Shown: piece after piece, positions 29,101-39,119 of the stretch
Layout of the letters: every line of letters begins with the position of its first letter
How positions within the stretch are numbered: the first letter of the stretch is position 1
Assembly (NCBI GenBank): GCA_964016885.1
Contig: OZ024744.1
Span: 111,724,001-111,788,000, forward strand
DNA length: 64,000 bases
Origin: Eledone cirrhosa
Lineage: Eukaryota
Reading direction: 5' to 3'
Made by a program: the position numbers and the translations under genes
Notes under the pieces: model-generated
What the model was told of the DNA's origin: nothing
The model's database searches: none
What the model saw: only the letters and a program-made list of their open reading frames with translations

Positions 29101-30380
29101 TATACAACATATATTGCACAACATGTGACTGATATATACTATATAATATACAACATATATTGCACAACATGTGACTAATATATACTATATAATATACAAC
29201 ATATATTACACGTGACTGATATATACTATATAATATACAACATATATTACACATGTGACTGATATATACTATATAATATACAACATATATTACACATGTG
29301 ACTGATATATACTATATAATATACAACATATATTATACATGTGACTGATATATACTATATAATATACAACATATATTACACAACATGTGACTGATATATA
29401 CTATATAATATACAACATATATTACACAACATGTGACTGATATATACTATATAATATACAACATATATTACACAACATGTGACCGATATATACTATATAA
29501 TATACAACATATATTACACAACATGTGACTAATATATACTATATAATATACAACATATATTGCACATGTGACTGATATAAACTATATAATATACAACATA
29601 TATTGCACAACATGTGACTAATATATACTATATAATATACAACATATATTGCACAACATGTGACTAATATATACTATATAATATACAACATATATTGCAC
29701 AACATGTGACTGATATATACTATATAATATACAACATATATTGCACAACATGTGACTAATATATACTATATAATATACAACATATATTACACATGTGACT
29801 GATATATACTATATAATATACAACATATATTACACATGTGACTGATATATACTATATAATATACAACATATATTACACATGTGACTGATATATACTATAT
29901 AATATACAACATATATTAGACAACATGTGACTGATATATACTATATAATATACAACATATATTACACATGTGACTGATATATACTATATAATATACAACA
30001 TATATTGCACAACATGTGACTGATATATACTATATAATATACAACATATATTACACATGTGACTGATATATACTATATAATATACAACATATATTGCACA
30101 ACATGTGACTGATATATACTATATAATATACAACATATATTAGACAACATGTAACCGATATATACTATATAATATACAACATATATTACACAACATGTGA
30201 CTGGTATATACTATATAATATACAACATATATTACACAACATGTGAGTGATATATACTATATAATATACAACATATATTACACAACGTGTGACTGATATA
30301 TACTATATAATATACAACATATATTACACAACATGTGACTGATATATACTATATAATATACAACATATATTACACAACAT
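26158..30380. repeat. 43/46-bp AT-rich satellite, about 95 units
   Basis: TATACTATATAATATACAACATATATTACAC(AAC)ATGTGACTGATA. Confidence 0.98.
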
Positions 30381-30454
30381 CTGCACTTAATCTGACAAAC
30401 ATGTAAATAACTACTTGGGGGGGAATTCAATTTTCACACTAAAACAAATGCTCG

Positions 30455-31458
30455 CGTTACCAAAACATAGTTTTCACACACACATATATATACAGTGGAA
30501 CCTCGGTTTACCAACATAGTTTTATACACACATATATATACAGTGGAACCTCGGTTTACCAACACAGTTTTACACACACACACACACATATATACAGTGG
30601 AACCTCGGTTTACCAACATAGTTTTACACACACACACACATATATATACAGTGGAACCTCGGTTTACCAACATAGTTTTATACACACATATATATACAGT
30701 GGAACCTCGGTTTACCAACACAGTTTTACACACACACACACACACATATATACAGTGGAACCTCGGTTTACCAACATAGTTTTACACACACACATATATA
30801 TACAGTGGAACCTCGGTTTACCAACATAGTTTTATACACACACATATATATAGTGGAACCTCGGTTTACCAACATAGTTTTATACACACACACATATATA
30901 TACAGTGGAACCTCGGTTTACCAACATAGTTTTATACACACACACACACACACACATATTCAGGTGGCACCTCGGTTTACCAACACAGTTTTACACACAC
31001 ACACACACATATATATATATAGTGGAACCTCGGTTTACCAACACAGTTTTACACACACACACACACATATATACAGTGGAACCTCGGTTTACCAACACAG
31101 TTTTATACACACACATATATATACAGTGGAACCTCGGTTTACCAACATAGTTTTATACACACATATATACAGTGGAACCTCGGTTTACCAACATAGTTTT
31201 ATACACACACATATATATACAGTGGAACCTCGGTTTACCAACATAGTTTTATACACACACATATATATACACAGTGGAACCTCGGTTTACCAACATAGTT
31301 TTATACACACACACACATATATACAGTGGAACCTCCGTTTACCTACATAGTTTTATACACACACATATATATAGAGTGGGACCTCATTTTACCAACACAG
31401 TTTTACACACATACACACACACATATATATACAGTGGAACCTCGGTTTACCAACACAG

Positions 31459-31497
<39 letters not shown>

Positions 31498-32112
31498 CAG
31501 TGGAACCTCGGTTTACCAACATAGTTTTATACACACATATATATATACAGTGGAACCTCAGTTTATCAACATAGTTTTATACACACATATATATATACAG
31601 TGGAACCTCGGTTTACCAACATAGTTTTATACACACATATATATACAGTGGAACCTCGGTTTACCAACATAGTTTTATACACACACACACATATATACAG
31701 TGGAACCTCGGTTTACCAACATAGTTTTATACACACATATATATACAGTGGAACCTCGGTTTACCAACATAGTTTTATACACACACACATATATACAGTG
31801 GAACCTCGGTTTACCAACATAGTTTTATACACACATATATATACAGTGGAACCTCGGTTTACCAACATAGTTTTATACACACACATATATATATACAGTG
31901 GAACCTCGGTTTACCAACATAGTTTTATACACACATATATATACAGTGGCACCTCGGTTTACCAACATAGTTTTATACACACACACATATATACAGTGGA
32001 ACCTCGGTTTACCAACATAGTTTTATACACACATATATATACAGTGGAACCTCGGTTTACCAACATAGTTTTATACATATATATATACAGTGGGACCTCA
32101 TTTTACCAACAT
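30455..32112. repeat. Satellite derived from a Tigger/pogo-like TIR plus (CA)n(TA)n linker, about 31 units
   Basis: Constant TACAGTGGAACCTCGGTTTACCAACA(T/C)AGTTTTA with variable microsatellite linker. Confidence 0.9.
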
Positions 32113-32669
32113 TTCTCATTATGAACAAATTGGTTCACCACCAAACATAAAACATCTCAGTTGACAATCGGTATCTCACGTAATAAACACACAAGCTGAT
32201 AACAACGGTTGTAGTTAGTTACTATGGTGATATCTATCTGTCTTTCACACACAGTCTCTCTCTCAACATAGTTTCTGTTCATATATAACAGTTTCACTTG
32301 TGAAAAGCCTAGTTCTCTATTATAGAGAATAAGAGTGAACCAGGAGTAGTGAAGCAAGTCTAAAGTCTGCTTCAAGCCAGCTCATTAGGCTGGTCTAACT
32401 ACAGTTTCATGATGTGAAGCAACTGACAGTACATGACTTGGACTGTATGCGAGTCTATCACATCGTTAAACCCACCAGCTATTGCTGGTACTCAGCTAAG
32501 TATACTGGAGCAAAGTAAAATGAGGTGTTTTGTTCAAGACCACAACACTCACCCCAGCCCAGGAGTCAAATCCACGTCTTTATGATCATAAAAGTCTCCA
32601 CAACTTTATGATTGTAAGTCTAACTAACACCCTTACCACAACGCCATGTGCCTCCACTGAAGTAATAAC

Positions 32670-32859
32670 TGTTTCTACTTTTGGCACAAAGCCAGCAATT
32701 ATCTATCCCAGTGTATTACTGGTACTTTAGTTTATCAACTCCATAAGGATGAAAGGCAAAGTTAACCTCGGCGGGATTCGAACTCAGACTGTAAAGGGCC
32801 GCAACTCTATACGGCAAAGCATGGCGTCTGACCCTCTACCGATACTGCCAATCCACTGC
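32670..32859 (-). mobile_element. Nin/Deu SINE with 19-bp TSD, next to a diverged CORE-SINE (about 32380-32655)
   Basis: TSD CCTCCACTGAAGTAATAAC at 32651-32669 and 32860-32878. Confidence 0.88.
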
Positions 32860-33083
32860 CCTCCACTGAAGTAATAACACCAGTTAAAATGGTTATTGTA
32901 ATTAAACATCTTATTTACCCCATAAAATTATTATTTAAGCAGAATCTGCAAGTGAAGTAATTTTCAAAAAGTATTTATGAAAAACTGTCATTTATTATTC
33001 AGGATCAGCTGAAATGTGTTGTAATCAAAATATTAGAATGAGACAGGTGGGAGGCAGAGATATATCATAACTGCTGCAAATAC

Positions 33084-33121
<38 letters not shown>

Positions 33122-33128
<7 letters not shown>

Positions 33129-33330
33129 ATACTTTGGGAGGGTCATGTTGCCAATAAGAAACACATGCACCAGTTGCATTCACTTCAATTTATTATAAAT
33201 TAAATTTATAAATTTAGGAATTTATAAATTTCCGGTTGGTTGGTTCCACAACCAGACGATTGTTCATATATTGTCAAAGTTCTTTCGTCACACATTCTGT
33301 GACCTCTTCAGTGACTGGGGATTATTTTTA
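33122..33330 (-). mobile_element. PLE family B pLTR with hammerhead at 33273-33315
   Basis: Minus strand: GUCA-CUGAAGA-G-GUCACA gaaug UGUGAC-GAA-AG aa CU-U-UGAC; ends CATGACCCTCCCAAAGTATAACAAT. Confidence 0.75.
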
Positions 33331-33335
33331 TAAAT

Positions 33336-33376
<41 letters not shown>

Positions 33377-33458
33377 CAAAAGGGATATATATCCAGGAAA
33401 AACTTTAACCGTTAAGATCTTCTTCCTGGATATGTCAATATTTATAAAACAAACTTTG

Positions 33459-33519
33459 TATTTTATCTGATGATAGCGTACCAAAGTTTTGGTAACCTTG
33501 AAATATATATAATAGAATA
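33459..33519 (+). ncRNA. Minimal type I hammerhead with canonical core (family D)
   Basis: UAUUUUAU-CUGAUGA-UAG..UACCAA aguu UUGGUA..CUU-GAA-AUAUAUAU-A-AUAGAAUA. Confidence 0.75.
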
Positions 33520-33638
33520 AATATGGTTTTATAAATATAGTTTCCATTTATCTAATATCATTGATATATATATTATATACCTTGCAAGCAGGGAAAAGAG
33601 GACGTAAAATGATGATGATGATGATATATGATATATAT

Positions 33639-34055
33639 AGGCAACACGGTAAAAACCTCCCAGCCCCACACTGTAAATGTGGTTGGTGTTAGGAAGGGCA
33701 TCCAGCTGTAGAAAACCCGCCAGACAGTCCACGCTGTAATGTGGCCGTGTAGGCAACACGGTAAAAACCTCCCAGACCCACACTGTAAATGTGGTTGGTG
33801 TTAGGAAGGGCATCCAACTGTAGAAAACCCGCCAGACAGTCCACGCTGTAATGTGGCCGTGTAGGCAACACGGTAAAAACCTCCCAGTTCTACACTGTAA
33901 ATGTGGTTGGTGTTAGGAAGGGCATCCAACTGTAGAAAACCTGCCAGACAGTCCTATGCGAGCAAGACAACCACTCTTGCCTCAAGTGGGAAAACCCCCG
34001 TCCAAACCCATGCAAGCGTGGAACACGGACGCTAAACCTGATGATGATGATGATG
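33639..34055 (+). mobile_element. RTE 3'UTR with 112-bp internal triplication
   Basis: Homologous to 6655-6870; AGGCAACACGG at 33639, 33751, 33863. Confidence 0.85.
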
Positions 34056-34124
34056 TGTGTGAGTATAATAAAAAAAAAATGGACATAACAGACAATTTAT
34101 TTGTATATTCACACAAATGTGTAT

Positions 34125-34182
<58 letters not shown>

Positions 34183-34299
34183 GTATATATATATATATAT
34201 GACAGTCGATCGACTTTCGTTAAATCGTACCGAGGAAACAATGTTTCCATTGGTCTTTCCAATTGCTAATACTATCTATCGGTCGCAACTCCAGGTAGA

Positions 34300-34332
<33 letters not shown>

Positions 34333-34632
34333 TACACATATATACACACACACACACACACACGTGCATTTGTATATTCACAGGAATATGTAAGGGTTGA
34401 AATACAAATGGAAGTGTGTGTAGGAGGGTGGGGCAGGGAGAGCCAGTACCAGTCACTATTACAGGGGGGGGGGGGGGGTTATCATATCATCAGCTGGTGG
34501 TGGCATGATTATGGTATAGTTTACTTACAGTGCCAAATCACATGTTTAACCTTTCACTCTCTCTTCCTCCCACTCTTCCCTAATTACCATCCATCATACA
34601 TGCTGCACTGTGAAGCAATAGACATTACTTAC

Positions 34633-34662
34633 AGGAATACTTCCACCAACCAGCCGGAAACA
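34633..34662 (-). CDS. Candidate 30-nt micro-exon
   Basis: (CT)nCAG acceptor and GTAAGT donor; open in all three frames. Confidence 0.3.
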
Positions 34663-34805
34663 CTGAGAGAGAGAGAGGGGCAGTGTGAGGGAGAGTAACT
34701 GTAAGAGTGGGAACAGAGTAAATGGGGGTGGGGGGGAAAGAGAAAATGAGAAGGAAGTATAGAGATATGCAGAATGAGAACCATCCATAAGAAAATCTAA
34801 ATATA

Positions 34806-35282
34806 TCATCATCATCATCATTGTTTAACGTCCATCTTCCACGCTTGCATGGGTTTGGACGGGAGTTCTCCCACTTGAGGCAAGATTGGTTGTCTTGCTC
34901 GTATAGGACTGTCTGGCGGGTTTTCTACAGCTGGATGCCCTTCTTAACACCAACCACGTTTACAGTGTAGAACTGGGAGGTTTTTAGCGTGTTACCTACA
35001 CGGCCACATTACAGCGTGGACTGTCTGGCGGGTTTTCTACAGCTGGATGCCCTTCCTAACACCAACCACGTTTACAGTGTGGACTGGGAGGTTTTTACCG
35101 TGTTACCTACACGGCCACATTACAGCGTGGACTGTGTTGTGTTTTTTTTTCGTGACACCTACACGACCTCATTTGTTACTGCCTGGGTGTTGTGGTACCA
35201 ACATAACTTTACATTGAAAGGGGTGGTGTGGATGGGGTGGGGGTAGTGGGGCGGAGGTGTATTTTTGTTAGAGGTGCCGACT
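34806..35282 (-). mobile_element. RTE 3'UTR with internal duplication
   Basis: Reverse complement of 6505-6870. Confidence 0.85.
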
Positions 35283-35783
35283 AAATATATATATATATAT
35301 GTATATTTACATAATATCCATACATATAGTTATATGTGTGTATGTATATATTTATAAACTCATATAAGCACATGAAGAAAAGGTCACTAATTTGATGCCT
35401 CTTGTATTCTAGAGGTATGGTCAAATTTCGGCATTGAAACCTTGGATAGCGGCTTTGTTCTGTGTATGGACATAAATAATATATATATACATATGACTGT
35501 ACGTGAGCAGTATACAGATCTCATCTATCCATCTATCCTTACCATTGCACCCTAGTATCTACTCTCTCCACCCCTTGTTCATACCCCAATACCATCACTT
35601 ACCACATTCAGAAAAGACAACTTCTCCTCTGCACTAGATATGACCATATGTAAATGCGATACAGAACATTTGGACTGTCTGGGAGGTCAGTAGCACCGCA
35701 TCAGTACTGCCTTGGTCAATGTAGACCCATCCAGCCCTTGCTACCAGAGAAAGTGGATGTTAAATGATAACGTATGTATGTAT

Positions 35784-36369
35784 CTGAGTGAGTTTCTTGG
35801 TCAGTGTCCAAGTCTCAGACCCATACAGCAGCACAGATTCCACTACAGCAATGAAAAGGCGGATTTTCAGGTCCTTACGAAGGTCCGACTTCCACACCAA
35901 TCTCAAGCTGTGGCATGCCGCCCAGGCTTTGCTCTTCCTCTCAACCACATCATCTTCCGTATTCCCAATCTTTGCTCCCAAATACAGGAAGCCCTCAACC
36001 AATTCTAGCGGCTTCCCGCCTACATTAGTGATCCCTTCTGGCTTCTCAACATTCTCTACCAGATATTTTGTTTTAGTCTCATTCATTCTCAGCCCCACAC
36101 TCATCGACACAGTCTCCACCTCCTGCATCAAATCCTCTGCCTCCTTCACTGTGGTGCAGCAAAACTATGTCGTCGGCAAATTCAGCACCCGATACCTACA
36201 TGGACGCACTAGAAGAGGAATACCAAGGTTAACGTATGTTGATGCCCTAAGGACAGACACTGGTCTGTTGGAGACGCAGGACATGGCAGCGATAATGAGG
36301 GACAGAGACCGATGGAGAGAACTCGTCCATGGATCTCGGGAATTTTACCCGCCCCTTAGATATAGATAG
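35784..36369. mobile_element. RTE-like LINE insertion with 5' inversion
   Basis: 35784-36190 minus (FADD..GLRMNETKT..YLG..LYGSETW) joined to 36192-36369 plus (3' end); ATGTATGTAT on both sides. Confidence 0.8.
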
Positions 36370-36732
36370 ATGTATGTATTTATATGTTATGTCAGTATGT
36401 ATGTGTGTATGTATGCAAAGGTCAGCTAAATTAAAAGCTTTTGCAATTTTGTTTTAGTTTTTAAGTGTGCATATGTATATATGTGCATGTCTTAGTTTCA
36501 GTAAATAGATTTGTAAAACCAGTTATACACAATCTGATTAAATAATAGTGGTGATGTACAGCTAGTGACCACACCCATAGGTTCACAAGTGTTTGATCAG
36601 TTATAGGCATGGAGTGAATGAGGTTGACGGGACATGAGTGAGTGATGCTAAACTTGCCTTATGTGGGTCATGTGTGTTTTGTTGCTGCACCACAACCATT
36701 ACCAGTAACCCCCCACCCACCCCCACCAACTA

Positions 36733-37175
36733 TCACCAAAGTGAAACTGGTGTAATATTGACCACCAAAGTGAAACAGGTGTAATATTGACCACCAAAGT
36801 GAAACAGGTGTAATATTGACCACCAAAGTGAAACAGGTGTAATATTGACCACCAAAGTGAAACAGGTGTAATATTGACCACCAAAGTATAACAGGTGTAA
36901 TATTGACCACCAAAGTGAAACAGGTGTAATATTCACCACCAAAGTATAACAGGTGTAATATTCACCACCAAAGTATAACAGGTGTAATATTCACCACCAA
37001 AGTATAACAGGTGTAATATTGACCACCAAAGTATAACAGGTGTAATATTCACCACCAAAGTATAACAGGTATAATATTGACCACCAAAGTATAACAGGTG
37101 TAATATTCACCACCAAAGTATAACAGGTATAATATTCACCTCCAAGTGAAAAACTGGTGTAATATTTACCACCAA
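36733..37175. repeat. Second array of the 29-bp minisatellite, about 15 units
   Basis: Same unit and orientation as 22486-24002. Confidence 0.95.
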
Positions 37176-37221
37176 GAACATACAGTAACCATTCCACTTC
37201 TCAAGACGTGTAGGTACGGCC

Positions 37222-37470
37222 ATGAGGAATCAAAGGCTGTGTGCAGGAGAGGTGGTTGCGTTGGCATGGACATGTGATGCGTATGAAGGATGACAGCTGC
37301 ATAAAAAGGTGCAGAGCACTAGAAGTCAATGCGAACTGCGGAGTGGGGAGACCGAAGAAGACCTGGGATGAGGTGATAAAAGCCGACCTTGCCCAATTAC
37401 ACCTCTCAACAGTGATGGCAAACGACCGTGACCTCTGGCGTCACACAGTAATACAGAAGAGCCGACGCCA
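37222..37470 (+). mobile_element. RTE C-terminal fragment
   Basis: QERWLRWHGHVMRM..GRPKKTWDE. Confidence 0.85.
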
Positions 37471-37479
37471 AACTTGGGT

Positions 37480-38135
37480 CAGTTTGTCTTCATGACTTGT
37501 TCTTTCGATCTCACTTGATAAACCCGCCATTGGCTTTGATGATGGCCTCAGAACTGGCTACAGACCTTCGTTACTGTCCCCTGACTTAAGCCCCTAAAGG
37601 AACTTGTGATCCTGGCCTTCAGATCGTCTTTCGTATTGCAGCTAGATCTGTTGGTGTCTCGTTCCACTGCGCCCCACACAAAGATTTCGAGGGGGTTACA
37701 GTCAGGCGAGCTGGGAGGCCAGATGAAGTGTGGTCGATGAAGTTCTCTGACAGCCAGGCTTAGGTCTTTCGGCTGATATGGCAGGGTGCTGAGTCTTGCT
37801 GCCACACGTACGGCCTACCTGCAGCTACCTGCTCAATCCAGGGTTTTACTACTTCACTCAGAATGCGGATGTGTTCAGCTTGAGGCCCTCAGGGAAGAAG
37901 TGAGGTGGCATGACGCCACCTTGACTGCTGACGACACCTAAGACCAATGTTGTCACTGGAAACTTTGTCTGCATGACTTGGGCACGTCTTTGGGTGAGAC
38001 AGCGAGCCACCTGTTGTTCTGGGAGTTGATCTTCTGGTCTTATTTGTCCTCCCGGCGCGGATTCCAAGAAGAACTCCGTGTCTCTTCCACAAATTTGGAG
38101 GTTCAAAATTATTCATAATCAATTGCGTGTCGAAA
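37480..38135 (-). mobile_element. Tc1/mariner (maT/DD37D-like) transposase remnant
   Basis: TKFPVTTLVLGVVSSQGGVMPPHFF; QQDSAPCH; WPPSSPDCNPL..VWG. Confidence 0.85.
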
Positions 38136-38139
38136 CAAA

Positions 38140-39030
38140 TATTGTTATACTTGGGGAGGGTCATGTAATAATATTGCTAGAATTAATAACAGAACACACT
38201 CACTGTTTGGTTGGTTTTTGCTTCTGTATCTTTTATAACAGTTAATTCATTCGGTCCTCAATGTTTACCATTGACTGACCAACGGTAAAAAAAACAGATA
38301 TAATATAGACACAAACACATATATATAGTCTAACAAAGTTCTTTCGTTGCACATCTGCAACATCGTCAGTGGTGCTATTATGTTTCCTCCTGTTGTATTG
38401 TATGTCTACGCCATCTTTATTTAATCTGTTTATTTATTTATTTATTTTTGTCTTCTTCTCTGCGCATGCGTTTGCGTGTGTGTATAGTGTTTGATGTGTG
38501 TGTTCGCGTTTGGGTGACTGTGTTTTGGTTATTGAATTCTATGTTAGTTTACTAGTGTGTGTTTACATGTGTTTGTTGTTATTGTGCTTGTGTATATATT
38601 TACTTATTTATTTATATTTCTCTTAGGTCAGTATTGTTTGTTTGTGTGTGGTGGTTATTGTTATTCCATTCATTTTTTCTGTTTAGCTTTGGCCTTCTAA
38701 GTTCTATTTCACTGGCCTCTCTGATTTGCCTATCTGCTGGGTCATTTCTATGTTTAGAAATATTTTAATTTCTATTTTGTCTATGTTACCGTGATGTTGT
38801 TGTCTAGCATGTTCGTATAGTAGTGAACCGTTTTTTCTTCCTTTTAGTTCCCCCCAGTGTTGGTCTATCCTTTCATCTATGCTACGAGCTGTCTCGCCTA
38901 TGTATGTTATTGTCATGTTTCTTCAAGTACCCTCTGTACATCTTATGCTGTAGACTATGTTTCTAGTTTTACAGTTTATCCAGGGGTTTACTTTACATAT
39001 AATACATTTCCTATTAGTACAGTGGGTTTT
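38140..39030 (-). mobile_element. Penelope-like element 3' part: Cys-rich linker, GIY-YIG endonuclease, 3'UTR, pLTR with hammerhead (38331-38374)
   Basis: CTNRKCIIC..NCKTRNIVYSIRC..YIGETARSIDERIDQH..LYEH..H, frameshift, then RQIREASEI..PKLNRKNEW; CUGACGA-U-GUUGCA gaug UGCAAC-GAAA. Confidence 0.9.
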
Positions 39031-39119
39031 CTATATATATGAGATTTGTATATGATAAAAAAGCTGTGTTGAATGTGTGTGCCTATAAAAATGTAAGCAT
39101 GCGCCATTTCCGTTCACAC

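Noticed and set aside
30490-32112. CRISPR array
   Set aside because: Spacers are (CA)n(TA)n microsatellites, there are no cas genes, and the context is eukaryotic.
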